Sequence record: OQ938541.1
Source: Escherichia phage vB_EcoP_PE006
DNA length: 64,000 bases
Reading direction: 5' to 3' (one strand)
In this document: positions 32,437 through 41,755 of the stretch, piece after piece
Numbering within the stretch: the stretch's first letter is position 1
Layout of the letters: each line of letters begins with the position of its first letter
Position numbers and translations under genes: made by a program
The notes under the pieces: generated by a model
Seen by the model: only the letters and a program-made list of their open reading frames with translations
The model's database searches: none
What the model was told of the DNA's origin: nothing

Positions 32437-32589
32437 TCAATGTGTGTGCATCCAATTCAATCCAATCTGACAATCAGATGCCAGAGGACATTCCATGTTC
32501 AAGTACTCACCAGCTTTCTTAACACAAAGCTCGGTATGTTCTTTGAGTTTATGTACATCATTACGGTTCACTGAGAATTGGCCCTCATC
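32437..32589 (-). CDS. DNA polymerase exon 2 (C-terminal 50 aa)
   Basis: No start codon; translation DEGQFSVNRNDV...CQIGLNWMHTH ends like family-A polymerases (G.NW..H); joins exon 1 to form the HDE motif. Confidence 0.7.
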   Translation of the reverse strand, partial: DEGQFSVNRNDVHKLKEHTELCVKKAGEYLNMECPLASDCQIGLNWMHTH

Positions 32590-33196
32590 CATTTATGTTA
32601 TTCCCAAATTACTTCGGGTATCGGACTATATCATAACAGCATAGCTAATTTGCTGTTGTTGGCGCTTCGAGGGTTTCCCTGTTAACCCCCTACTCCCGCA
32701 GGATAGTCTCTACACTTTCCACTTTCGAATCCATCTACAAGCGATTCCAAAGCTCACACCAAATCTTTCTGCAAGAGCAACACCAGTACATTCATTATTA
32801 AGCCAGAACTCTTTAGCAGCATCCTGTCTTTCTCTGTTTCTACCAGTATTTGATTCTATGGCATGTGCACTACCTTCTAATATCTCTAGATGATCAGTGT
32901 TACAACATGCCCTATTCTTGCATTTGTGATTAACTTCGTAGCCGTCAGGAATACTTCCAAACTTCTCTTCCATGACATACCTATGATACATGACCCATTT
33001 GCCATTTATCACTTTTCGAAAGTAGCCATCTTTATTTAATTTGTGTGAGATAGGGATGATACATCCTGTGCTAGTTGTTTCTAGCACTAGATCTTTCTTA
33101 GCCATATCACCTCCTAATAGCTTAGCTCGGTATTGCCCTCAACTTAATGGTCGGGTTTCACCGAGTTCACCAACTTTTACATGCACAATGAAGTTT
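32590..33196 (-). mobile_element. group I intron in the DNA polymerase gene
   Basis: Exon ends ...AUGCAU with U at the splice site; intron nt 11-16 GUGCAU can pair with it (P1, U-G wobble); AGACUA (32704-32709) and GAUAUAGUCC (32623-32632) match P7 strands; terminal G before exon 2. Confidence 0.7.
32710..33105 (-). CDS. intron-encoded HNH homing endonuclease
   Basis: Own SD (AGGAGG); YEVNHKCKNRACCNTDHLE HNH core; lies inside the intron. Confidence 0.75.
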   Translation of the reverse strand: MAKKDLVLETTSTGCIIPISHKLNKDGYFRKVINGKWVMYHRYVMEEKFGSIPDGYEVNHKCKNRACCNTDHLEILEGSAHAIESNTGRNRERQDAAKEFWLNNECTGVALAERFGVSFGIACRWIRKWKV

Positions 33197-34888
33197 ATGC
33201 ATATCAATTACCTTAGCACAGCGAACCCCATCTTTCTCAATCCACTTGTTAAGGAACATCATAGCATATTTCATAACAACAGCACCAGCACATTGCAGGA
33301 GAGTGTTAAGTGCTTTATGAACCATAACTTTACCAGTGGCATCTCGTCTCATTGTAATCTTACGACCATCAACACCAATCAAGTACCCTTGAGCAGCTTT
33401 CTCTGTCATACGATCAATGAGGATTGCAATACATGGGTTCTCTGCCAAGAAACGTGCTCGCATCACTGAACCTTCGTCAGCCCCACCACCTACAATTGAA
33501 CCGAGCTTGGCATCACCAGCACCATAGTTGAATGCGTAGATAAATGTCTTAGCGTTGTCACGAGTAGGAAGACCAGCAAGTTTCTGGTTGTGGGAGTGGA
33601 TATCACCTTCAAGGAGAATATCACGATACATAATAGCAGAAGCTAAACCACGCTCTGCCAGAGCTTTCTTAGCTGGATTATTCTCTTCGATTGCTTCAGC
33701 AAGCATATCCCTACACTCTTTAATGAGGTAGTGTGCAAGCATACGCAATTCTAATCCAGAACCATCATACCCTAAGAATACTTCTTTACCAGCGGGTATG
33801 TAATATTTGTAAGCACCTACAGGTTTGTCTTTCTTCCCCGGCTTACCTTTCTCATAAATTACGTTAGTACCTTTTCGTATATAACAACCATCAGGAACAA
33901 CGTTAGTAATAACGAAAGGACGAGAGTGATCATCATCTGAGTTATAGTCAGATTCAAACAAACTGCGACACTCGTGACCAAACAAACCACGGGAGGGAAT
34001 ATTAACCACGATACGATGTTTGAATCGAAAAGTCGGCGTAGCGCAGCTGTTAGCTTCTGCCGAAAGTTTACCATCTTCGCGTTCCTTTGCTATGAGTCCA
34101 CTAATAAGACCTAGCCTGTGAGCCGCTACAACGCGTCTCTTAAGCAAACTTCCGACACTCCCTAGCTCACCCCCTAACCCTTCTTCAAGAGTCTCCTCGA
34201 GGTTTGTAGGAGCTGTAGGCCACTTGTTTGAGGTAGCTAGTGCTATCTTAATCTCATCAAAAGTGATAGGTCTACGTCGGTTAGGATTTAAACCTAAACC
34301 AAATACATAAGCCTTCATATAGTTCTTAGTCTTAAACCTAAAATGCTTCTCTAAGAACTTCCTAATATCAGCGTCAACCATCTCGGCTGTCTGCTTCTGT
34401 TTAGCATTACCTCGCATCCAAGCTGAATACCATGCTTGGTATGTTCCATACTTTCGCATATCTTTCTTGATTTCAAAAGTATTCCAAGGCTTCTTAGATA
34501 CGTTAAACTCTGGAGGAAGAAAGCCCTCATCCATAAGGGCTTCTTTAACTCGTGCATCTTTCGATGGGTCAAAGTCCACGTATTCAACACAGGTGAATGC
34601 TCCACCAATGTCTTCTCTCTTAAGACCAACTCTATCACAATAGGCTTGAGGCCACTTCTGTAAAGCTCCAGACTTCTTAAATGGCTTCATATAAGTAGAG
34701 CCATCTAATCTCATCTTAGGTAAGAGAGGAATCAGTTCTTTGTCAATATTAACAATAATCTCTTTAAGGAGGTGAACATACCACCGAGCATTTCTTCGGT
34801 TGAAACTCACTCCGTGCTTCGCTTGCTTAGAGATTATATCAGCGACAGTCATCTCTGTCAAAAATGGGAGAGCGTCCGGGTTGCTCAC
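33197..34888 (-). CDS. family-A DNA polymerase, exon 1 (polymerase domain only)
   Basis: GTG start with AAAGGAG SD; motif A LGYDGSGLELRMLAH; motif B RDNAKTFIYAFNYGAG; no 3'-5' exo motifs at the N-terminus. Confidence 0.85.
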
Positions 34889-34904
34889 TTTATACTCCTT
34901 TAAA

Positions 34905-35327
34905 TTATTGGTAAATCAAATCCGTAAATGCTTGATTGTCTTCTATCACATCTAACACGGTAGCTTCATAACTGTAAGCCCTAACCGCCCCGTTAACAAC
35001 TATCCGAGGAGTAGGTGGAGGTGGTGCATGGTTAGCCCTAGCTTCACGAGGTTGCTCTCGTACTAGATGAGCCACAACCCTTTGGTTAGCGACTTCTTCT
35101 CTTTCTCGAATAGCTCTCTGGATATAAGCCAGCTTCATGCCCCAAGCCTCTTCGAACTCTTGAGGGTGTTTATCACTGATAACCACATACTGACGTTCAG
35201 GGATACCAGAGCGAATCTCTGATAATAGCTCATGGAACAAATCCAGTTCATGTTCAGTGAGATTCATTTCGATATCATCCCACTTGAGAACTAAGAAACG
35301 GTTTTGGTGTCTAGCTGGTAATGGCAT
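34905..35327 (-). CDS. hypothetical protein
   Basis: 140-aa ORF immediately upstream of the polymerase. Confidence 0.4.
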   Translation of the reverse strand: MPLPARHQNRFLVLKWDDIEMNLTEHELDLFHELLSEIRSGIPERQYVVISDKHPQEFEEAWGMKLAYIQRAIREREEVANQRVVAHLVREQPREARANHAPPPPTPRIVVNGAVRAYSYEATVLDVIEDNQAFTDLIYQ

Positions 35328-35490
35328 TCTACTCCACCTCTACTCTAACGTAAGTTCTCTCGCCAACATCATCTTTCCAGACCCATGCCTTGGCATCTTC
35401 TTCAGACTTAAAAGCTTTCACAACGCTGTATCCACCTTCCCATTCATCACCGAACCAGCGCTGTCCTACGTAAACATATTCTTTCATTAT

Positions 35491-35775
35491 TTAACCTTTT
35501 GGGAATGGCATTAAAGATTCCATAGCAGATTTAATTTCGCTATTGATTCGAGCATCTCGATAAGAGATAAACTTACCTTTGCTATCTCGTAACATCACAT
35601 GGGTTCTAGCTGTTACGTGGGGAAGTAATGTAATACTAGTTGGGATAGCGTCAATCCTTACAGAAAATTTGTCAATAGTCTTGCTTTCACTTAACAGATA
35701 AGACCAAGTACGTGGTTTCTGCTCCGGATGATTAGGGTGTGTATCTACGATTTGAACCATAGCTAACTTATTCAT
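35491..35775 (-). CDS. hypothetical protein (paralog pair member)
   Basis: ...RTHVMLRDSKGKFISYRDARINSEIKSAMESLMPFPKG similar to the next gene. Confidence 0.45.
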   Translation of the reverse strand: MNKLAMVQIVDTHPNHPEQKPRTWSYLLSESKTIDKFSVRIDAIPTSITLLPHVTARTHVMLRDSKGKFISYRDARINSEIKSAMESLMPFPKG

Positions 35776-35776
35776 A

Positions 35777-36028
35777 TTAAACTCCTTTAGGGAACGGGAT
35801 GAGGTTTTCTACTGCAACACGGAACTCTTTCTCTACACCTTTATTCTTATAAGAAATGAATTTACCATCAGCCCCACGGAGGATTACGTTAGTACGAGCT
35901 GTTTTTGGGTTATGACCAATCTGGTTTGCAATGATATTAGCAATGCCGTGATTATTGGTGAATTTCCATTTAACCATACGATTGTTAGACATTACATCAA
36001 TGATATTTACAGATTTTACAATAGACAT
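35777..36028 (-). CDS. hypothetical protein (paralog pair member)
   Basis: ...RTNVILRGADGKFISYKNKGVEKEFRVAVENLIPFPKGV. Confidence 0.45.
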   Translation of the reverse strand: MSIVKSVNIIDVMSNNRMVKWKFTNNHGIANIIANQIGHNPKTARTNVILRGADGKFISYKNKGVEKEFRVAVENLIPFPKGV

Positions 36029-36096
36029 ATTTATTACCTAAGAAGTTTAATTTGGTTTATATAAAAGAAAAGGCCACCCATTTGGGTAGCCTCATG

Positions 36097-36420
36097 TTAC
36101 GTTGAGCTTAAAGCTCCTTTTCGCTTAGCAGCACCAGCTGCTTTTCCAGCTCGATCACCACTTTTGCCGCCGTTTGAACGGTTTGAGCTGACTGATTCAA
36201 CACGTAAGTTGCTTGACGCATTAGAGCCTCCAGACTTGACAGCTCGTTTGTGTCCAACATCTTTACCTCTGACAGCAGCTTTTCCATCGCGCTTTTCAAC
36301 GATGCGACGTGCACGGTGGCGCTGAGCATCTCCGCTCTTGCTCCCAACGCCTGTTTCACCACGGGCAATTGCGGTACGTCTTTCTTGTGCATAATCTCTC
36401 TTTCCTACATGGTCTGCCAT
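36097..36420 (-). CDS. small basic low-complexity protein
   Basis: K/R/G/A/S-rich 107 aa; strong AAGGAG SD; codons match the genome preference (GCT/CGT/GGT/GAA/AAA); TAATGTATA element 37 nt upstream. Confidence 0.5.
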   Translation of the reverse strand: MADHVGKRDYAQERRTAIARGETGVGSKSGDAQRHRARRIVEKRDGKAAVRGKDVGHKRAVKSGGSNASSNLRVESVSSNRSNGGKSGDRAGKAAGAAKRKGALSST

Positions 36421-36456
36421 TTAGAACTCCTTAATATATCAGTGTACACTAAGGAG

Positions 36457-36465
36457 TATACATTA
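36457..36465 (-). promoter_or_regulatory. TAATGTATA promoter-like element (- strand)
   Basis: Reverse complement of tatacatta at 36457-36465, 37 nt upstream of the ATG at 36420. Confidence 0.45.
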
Positions 36466-36474
36466 TGGATGCTA

Positions 36475-36723
36475 TTAAAACTCTGCTAAGTATTTAATAT
36501 CAGAGGCATATACCTCATCAAAGGAAATAGGCTCTCCGTTGTAAAGAAGTTCTATCTTCAATATACCAGAGCATTTGGTGTCTTTAGAATCAACTCTGAT
36601 AGAGAGTTTATCAACTATCTGAGCTTTAATCTCTTCTATTACCAACTCTTGAGTGTTATTCACTCCACCCTCCCGGTGGCACAAAATCATCAGGAACGTC
36701 AATGATAGTAGGTTCTCCATCAT
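36475..36723 (-). CDS. hypothetical protein
   Basis: 82-aa ORF. Confidence 0.3.
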   Translation of the reverse strand: MMENLLSLTFLMILCHREGGVNNTQELVIEEIKAQIVDKLSIRVDSKDTKCSGILKIELLYNGEPISFDEVYASDIKYLAEF

Positions 36724-36841
36724 TCATGCAGGTGTCTTCATTTAACTCTTCACACTCAAAACATGCTCGTTCGATATTTTTGTAGAAGTCGATGGTTGCT
36801 GAACCATCACCACAATCTCGGATAACTAGAGCTACTTTCAC
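36656..36841 (-). CDS. hypothetical small acidic Cys-containing protein
   Basis: 61-aa ORF overlapping the PhoH stop. Confidence 0.3.
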   Translation of the reverse strand: MKVALVIRDCGDGSATIDFYKNIERACFECEELNEDTCMNDGEPTIIDVPDDFVPPGGWSE

Positions 36842-37581
36842 TTCTCTTGTCCTTTTTCCATTGCTTTAACAATAGCTTTACAGAAACCAGAACGAACAAT
36901 GTCATCTGATTCGCCGTCTACAATCTCAGCGAACTCATACAGATCATGTTCATCAATAAAGTTAGTAGCCCAAGTAAGACCACTCTCACGACCACGCATA
37001 TCATGCTGGTTAGTATCACCCATGCAGAACAGCTGAGAGGTTTCTCCCAATCGAGTCATGATTGAGAAGGCTTCATCTTTAGTTGTGTTCTGGAACTCAT
37101 CAACGATAACGATAGCATCATTGAAAGAACGACCACGGAGATATTCCAGAGGTACGAACTCAATGTTACTGTTACCGAGCTGGCATTCATAGAACCCTTT
37201 ACCATATCGCTGAGTAATAACATCAATGATAGGCATCAAATATGGTTCAAACTTCTCACGCATCCCTCCCGGAAGCAACCCAAGAGAATTACCCATGCCG
37301 ACCGAAGGGCGACTCAGGATAATCTTCTGAATCTTACCACTCTTCAGTGCATCGATAACCGTGGAAGTGATTACAAAGGTCTTACCACAGCCCGCAGGAG
37401 CGTCTGTGAACACAACTTGTTTAGTCTTGATAGCATTGAGCAGTTCAGACTGGAACTGGTTCTGAGGGACTACAGGCTTTGCTAAAACCACCTCTTCAAA
37501 CTCGCGCTTACCCTTACGAGTGACAAGTGCTTCCCGACGAAGGTCTTTCCGTGATTCTTTCCGTGATTGACGACGACTCAT
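36838..37581 (-). CDS. phoH: PhoH-like ATPase
   Basis: Walker A QVVFTDAPAGCGKTFV and overall PhoH-like layout. Confidence 0.8.
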   Translation of the reverse strand: MSRRQSRKESRKDLRREALVTRKGKREFEEVVLAKPVVPQNQFQSELLNAIKTKQVVFTDAPAGCGKTFVITSTVIDALKSGKIQKIILSRPSVGMGNSLGLLPGGMREKFEPYLMPIIDVITQRYGKGFYECQLGNSNIEFVPLEYLRGRSFNDAIVIVDEFQNTTKDEAFSIMTRLGETSQLFCMGDTNQHDMRGRESGLTWATNFIDEHDLYEFAEIVDGESDDIVRSGFCKAIVKAMEKGQEK

Positions 37582-37790
37582 TTACGCTCTCCAATTTCTT
37601 CGTAATGACATTCAGTAGTTAAACAATCTTTACAGATTGCTGTATAAACCCTGACGTTAGTAAATCGTTTGTTCTTCCCTTTGGTTGGAGAGCCTTTAGC
37701 AAGCTCTCTGATAACCTTGTTACTTAAGTGAAGGTTTGTCCCTTCACACCTAGAGCACTTCACCACAATGTCCATTCGGTAAGAGACCAC
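37578..37790 (-). CDS. zinc-ribbon protein
   Basis: CSRCEG ... CKDC ... C Cys pairs. Confidence 0.4.
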   Translation of the reverse strand: MVSYRMDIVVKCSRCEGTNLHLSNKVIRELAKGSPTKGKNKRFTNVRVYTAICKDCLTTECHYEEIGERK

Positions 37791-37960
37791 AGAGAGTCGC
37801 CTATGTGGGCATTGTCATTCCTGATGAGGTCTTTGATTTTATCAACATTAGTTAAGTGAGTCACATTCAAAATATCCTCAACATCTGGGGCATATTTAAA
37901 TATGGCAACAATACTGTTGTGATCTTCAGCATATCTTTCTAGAACATAAACTACGCTCAT
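37760..37960 (-). CDS. hypothetical protein
   Basis: 66-aa ORF. Confidence 0.3.
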   Translation of the reverse strand: MSVVYVLERYAEDHNSIVAIFKYAPDVEDILNVTHLTNVDKIKDLIRNDNAHIGDSLWSLTEWTLW

Positions 37961-38280
37961 GCGAAGTTAACCTCTTTATGAAGTCTGTAAACAGCTGTCG
38001 CCATACAAGCAACAGCTTCGTTATGTGGGAGATGCATCCCTGTAGAACCATCCCAATCTTTGAACTCATTGTCAAAGACTCCGGTAGGCTCTGGATACAA
38101 GGCTTGCAACTCAACCAAATCATTAGCAACTTGTTGCCATTTATCATCAGACCAGATAGGGTCATCCAACCAGTAATACAAATAGGAATGGATGATCAAT
38201 TGCCTTCTATGCCGATTAATCACTTCAGCGGGACTTATCTCACTTCCATTTGAAGTCCTAAATGTATTACTGTTAATCAT
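37957..38280 (-). CDS. hypothetical protein
   Basis: 107-aa ORF. Confidence 0.4.
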   Translation of the reverse strand: MINSNTFRTSNGSEISPAEVINRHRRQLIIHSYLYYWLDDPIWSDDKWQQVANDLVELQALYPEPTGVFDNEFKDWDGSTGMHLPHNEAVACMATAVYRLHKEVNFA

Positions 38281-38483
38281 TATGAAAATTTCCGTTCTGT
38301 TAAAAAATACTGAACTTCTTTATCTGGAGACCAAACCTTTTCTCCATTTACCAACTTCTTAGCATCTTCATACGAAGCACAATCCAAAGCAGGGCTATCA
38401 GGTGTCGGTTTCCCTAGGAAATATTTCCAAGTCCAACGCTCTCCGTCATCATCTTGACAGTCAAGAGTCCATAATGTTTTCAT
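38280..38483 (-). CDS. hypothetical protein
   Basis: 67-aa ORF. Confidence 0.35.
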   Translation of the reverse strand: MKTLWTLDCQDDDGERWTWKYFLGKPTPDSPALDCASYEDAKKLVNGEKVWSPDKEVQYFLTERKFS

Positions 38484-38704
38484 TTAACAACCTTAAATTT
38501 GAATGTTGTTGGGTGATAATAATGCAATCTGTTAATGGTGTGCTTTGTTTCAAGATATATCCTACAAGAGTGACACATGACATGAGACAGACCAGTCACA
38601 GGGTTGGGTTTGAAGTTGGCGATAGGCTTCTCTTTCTTACAGAAGCTACACATTTTCTTATCCATCTTTTCTCCTGCTAATCCTCTGAGTTGTGGGGACA
38701 GCAA
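38480..38704 (-). CDS. zinc-finger protein
   Basis: CSFCKK ... CHSC Cys pairs. Confidence 0.4.
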   Translation of the reverse strand: MLSPQLRGLAGEKMDKKMCSFCKKEKPIANFKPNPVTGLSHVMCHSCRIYLETKHTINRLHYYHPTTFKFKVVK

Positions 38705-38810
38705 TATTCACATACTCCACAACAAGGGCAAATTTCTACACTTGGGTCATATGCATCATCAACTGTCATCCCACACTTGGTGCAGAACACATCATCATCT
38801 TCTTCCAATA

Positions 38811-39467
38811 TTAACTCTCCAAAGTTTTCTTCAGAGCTGCCCACGAGATTGGGTAGAGTTTAGCCATCTCTTCATCCAGAGATTGAGCAAACACTCGAAC
38901 TTCATACTGAGCATGGGAGGATAGTCGCTGACGACACAACTCAAACCAACCATACAAAGAACCAGTCCACACCCACTCCGTGATCATTCCCTGAGGAAGA
39001 ACAAATCGGGCTTGCTCTGGTGCAACGAATTCAATCAACTTGTCATATGCTGCTAGAGAAGCTTCATATGCATCGTTAATCAACATTAATGCTTCAGCTC
39101 GTTCTCCATTGATGAGTTGAACCCCTGAACCTGCATGGAGGTCCGAAGGTCTCGCAAAAATCTCTTTAGGGATGAAGACTTCAACTGCTCCATCTTTATA
39201 CCGCCGGGACATTTCGTTCCACGAGAATCCAACCTGATGCTTGCCCAACTGTCTCGCAATTGCGATAGGTGCTTTGCATCGGAAACTGACTTGCGGGTGC
39301 CTGAAAGGCGTGACATGCTTCTCTCTCGCGAGGAAGTTGATGAGACGTTCATCACGTTCATTTAAATCACCTTCACGGGTTACGCCAAAGGAAACTCGAG
39401 CTGCGTTTACTACGCTACGATCACTTCCCATAGCTTCGATTAATGTTGCTTGTAATTGTTCATTCAT
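38811..39467 (-). CDS. thyX: flavin-dependent thymidylate synthase
   Basis: TPFRHPQVSFRCKAPIAIARQLGKHQVGFSWNEMSRRY matches the ThyX core including the ...S.NE.S.RY signature. Confidence 0.8.
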   Translation of the reverse strand: MNEQLQATLIEAMGSDRSVVNAARVSFGVTREGDLNERDERLINFLAREKHVTPFRHPQVSFRCKAPIAIARQLGKHQVGFSWNEMSRRYKDGAVEVFIPKEIFARPSDLHAGSGVQLINGERAEALMLINDAYEASLAAYDKLIEFVAPEQARFVLPQGMITEWVWTGSLYGWFELCRQRLSSHAQYEVRVFAQSLDEEMAKLYPISWAALKKTLES

Positions 39468-39482
39468 CCGTGAATTTCCTTA

Positions 39483-39692
39483 TTAATATTCTTTTACATA
39501 ACAAACCACTAAGGTTCCCATTTCTGACAGTGTTGATTTATGTAAGCTTACTTTACTATAAATCTTTGGGGCCATCTTAAGAGCCTTCTTAAAACGGCGA
39601 GCATCTTTACGAGTAGCAAAGTGCTCTGTAACAGGTATAGCCGGGTCTTGGTAGAGGTAATATACCACCGTCCAATATTTTTTCATAATCAA
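39483..39692 (-). CDS. small protein, member of a 4-copy paralog family
   Basis: ...TRKDARRFKK...SLHK...VCYVKEY aligns with the three tandem genes at 41546-42161. Confidence 0.4.
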   Translation of the reverse strand: MIMKKYWTVVYYLYQDPAIPVTEHFATRKDARRFKKALKMAPKIYSKVSLHKSTLSEMGTLVVCYVKEY

Positions 39693-39961
39693 ACACCTAG
39701 GGCAGTAGTTAAGAATGCTTTCAGGTTTGCTTCGGTCTGCATACCAGAGAGGCTGTAGTGTGTACCGCTGTTACGGTCAGGTACAACGAAAGCAGGGATG
39801 CTACGAACCCCGTACTTAACAGCTTGTTCACGACCATCACCCTCAAGGATGTTAATCTCTTCCACTTCTACATCAAACTCCTTAACAACCTTCTCAAAGG
39901 TAGGAGCCATTGCTTTACATGGAGCACACTGATCACTATAAAACTTAATTACTTTAGACAT
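39689..39961 (-). CDS. thioredoxin-like protein (CAPC active site)
   Basis: MSKVIKFYSDQCAPCKAM ... RSIPAFVV (cis-Pro); start at internal ATG 39961 with AAGGAA SD. Confidence 0.7.
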   Translation of the reverse strand: MSKVIKFYSDQCAPCKAMAPTFEKVVKEFDVEVEEINILEGDGREQAVKYGVRSIPAFVVPDRNSGTHYSLSGMQTEANLKAFLTTALGV

Positions 39962-39962
39962 T

Positions 39963-40139
39963 CTATTCCTTGTTAATAAACAGGTTGATATGACGTTGGG
40001 TAGCAGGAACAACAATAAAAGATTTATACTGACCTTTTGCTAAGTCATGAGCAATCTTCTTTGTCTGACCAAGACCCATCACACAGCCACTAACAATAAT
40101 GGCGTGTGCTTGCAACTCTTCAGGGAGTTTTAGTTTCAT
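39963..40139 (-). CDS. hypothetical small protein
   Basis: 58-aa ORF MKLKLPEELQAHAIIVSGCVMGLGQ... between the membrane paralogs and thioredoxin. Confidence 0.25.
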   Translation of the reverse strand: MKLKLPEELQAHAIIVSGCVMGLGQTKKIAHDLAKGQYKSFIVVPATQRHINLFINKE

Positions 40140-40151
40140 TCTTCAGGTTCC

Positions 40152-40337
40152 TTACAGCATAGCAAGAATGATAATAAGAGGTAATGTTATAGCGAAATTA
40201 ATAAGAACAGCGCTGCCTAGCTTGATAGCTTTAACATCCTCTTCTGATGGGTTTTCTTTAATTGCTAAATTTCGAGCTTTATATATAACAGTACCAATTA
40301 TTAACGACCACACGGCCCACACAATCAGTGAAATCAT
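40152..40337 (-). CDS. small two-TM membrane protein (paralog 1)
   Basis: MISLIVWAVWSLIIGTVIY ... ITLPLIIILAML. Confidence 0.4.
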   Translation of the reverse strand: MISLIVWAVWSLIIGTVIYKARNLAIKENPSEEDVKAIKLGSAVLINFAITLPLIIILAML

Positions 40338-40346
40338 ATCAAACCC

Positions 40347-40526
40347 TTATGCAGTCAGGAGGTGAAGCAGGAATGGGATAACAACAGCTACGACAACCAT
40401 GATGGTTGATGCTGTTTGAATCTCACCTTTCTTGTCAGGAGTTTCTTCAATAAGCTTGCCAGAAGCCCAATAGATACCACCACCAATAAAGACAGCCCAA
40501 ATACCCCATACGATTGCTGATAACAT
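40347..40526 (-). CDS. small two-TM membrane protein (paralog 2)
   Basis: MLSAIVWGIWAVFIGGGIYWASGKLIEE...VVVAVVIPFLLHLL, similar to the adjacent gene. Confidence 0.35.
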   Translation of the reverse strand: MLSAIVWGIWAVFIGGGIYWASGKLIEETPDKKGEIQTASTIMVVVAVVIPFLLHLLTA

Positions 40527-40587
40527 ATATCTATATCCTTATAAATAAGTTCGCCCCACCTCGGGTTAGGAGACAGGGCGGAGGTTT

Positions 40588-41187
40588 TTAGTAAGACACA
40601 TCGCCACTTGAGTGGGACATGTTGCTCTTGACGAAGTAGCAATACTTGCCAAGACCTTCATTAATTTCTTGAAGCATACTCTGATCAACTGGATAAGTGG
40701 CTAAATCACCATCAAACTCATCCATCTTCTCAATAATACACATCAAGGTCATGCACATATCAGAGAGCATACCGTCCATATCTAGGTCAGCATTACCCTC
40801 TGAGAACCAAGCATGGGAGAGATAATTGGCTGCTGTAGCGTCCACTTTAACACAGTGGTAACGCATACGTTCAGCAATACGATCTCCTACTTGTCGTGCG
40901 TAATCTTCCAGCTCATCAAACATACCATGAACACCCTGAAATCCTGCACCAGAGACGTTCCAGTGGTAGTTTTTAGCTTTAATATGCAAGAGTTCCATGT
41001 TAGCTTGTAAGCAGCTCAGGATGTGTTCTAGGCTGTTTCCACTAATCATACCCTGCATTGTTTCAAGGCGAGAGATTGAAAGCTCAGATCGGTCTAACAT
41101 ATTGTATTCGACACGACCAATATCAGGTAAATCAAAGACATTCTTATGCATTTGGGTTATCTCCATCAAGTTCAACTGAATTAGCAA
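40588..41187 (-). CDS. Dps/ferritin-like protein
   Basis: NYHWNVSGAGFQGVHGMFDELEDYARQVGDRIAERM matches the Dps HW.V.G..F..H..F.E.....D.IAER signature. Confidence 0.6.
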   Translation of the reverse strand: MLIQLNLMEITQMHKNVFDLPDIGRVEYNMLDRSELSISRLETMQGMISGNSLEHILSCLQANMELLHIKAKNYHWNVSGAGFQGVHGMFDELEDYARQVGDRIAERMRYHCVKVDATAANYLSHAWFSEGNADLDMDGMLSDMCMTLMCIIEKMDEFDGDLATYPVDQSMLQEINEGLGKYCYFVKSNMSHSSGDVSY

Positions 41188-41473
41188 CGTTACGTTCGAT
41201 GTTTGCCATCACTTGCTGCGTTATGACAATACAGTTCTGTGGGTCTACTGACTTAGAACGCCCCATTTCAGGGTCATACACCTTAACTCGCTTAGCAGTT
41301 GAACCTGTAACCTGAAGAACCTTCAACAAATATCCCTGATTACCAATAGACCAAGCAACAACATCACGATTCTTGATAAAGCGACCAAGCATATCACGAT
41401 GATAAAACTGTTGCATCACCTTGGATTTTGTAATCTCTTCAGTGGGCGGGGCCACTTTACTCAAATCTAACAT
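41144..41473 (-). CDS. hypothetical protein
   Basis: 109-aa ORF; AATGTATA-like element ~40 nt upstream. Confidence 0.4.
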   Translation of the reverse strand: MLDLSKVAPPTEEITKSKVMQQFYHRDMLGRFIKNRDVVAWSIGNQGYLLKVLQVTGSTAKRVKVYDPEMGRSKSVDPQNCIVITQQVMANIERNVANSVELDGDNPNA

Positions 41474-41512
41474 AACTCTCTCCTGTAAAATACAAATTCT
41501 TATTGTACTCTA

Positions 41513-41521
41513 TATACATTT
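41513..41521 (-). promoter_or_regulatory. AAATGTATA promoter-like variant (- strand)
   Basis: Reverse complement of tatacattt, ~40 nt upstream of the ATG at 41473. Confidence 0.3.
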
Positions 41522-41545
41522 GAGAGTTACCATATCTACTACCAA

Positions 41546-41755
41546 TCAGTAGTAAACATTCCGAGATAGCATACAAGTACCTTCTGAGAATTCAATCCAA
41601 CGATGTATGCTAACATGTTCAACTATACCGACCAGAGCTTTCATGTTCTTTTTAGCAATACGAGCCTCTTTGCGAGTGTTAAACAGTTTGATATTATCTT
41701 TACCTATGTGTTGTTCATGATTCCAAACAACACGAATAGCCCACATCTTTTTCAT
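41546..41755 (-). CDS. small protein, paralog family member
   Basis: 69 aa; ...TRKEARIAKK ... SIHRWIEFSEG ... VYY. Confidence 0.45.
   Translation of the reverse strand: MKKMWAIRVVWNHEQHIGKDNIKLFNTRKEARIAKKNMKALVGIVEHVSIHRWIEFSEGTCMLSRNVYY

Noticed and set aside
36108-36392. 94-aa ORF (MHKKDVPQLPVV...) in another frame of the same strand, overlapping almost all of gene 36097-36420
   Set aside because: The 36097-36420 frame has the strong SD and the genome-typical codon preference (GCT/CGT/GGT/GAA/AAA); the overlapping frame is rich in GTG/CTG/GAG/AAG and looks like a by-product of the periodic coding pattern. A genuine overlapping gene cannot be excluded without conservation data.
40555-40590. 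GC-rich stem with T-tract on the + strand at the 3' end of the Dps-like gene as a terminator
   Set aside because: The T-tract is on the non-coding strand and partly inside the Dps-like coding sequence; the arm order does not give a simple hairpin on the - strand.
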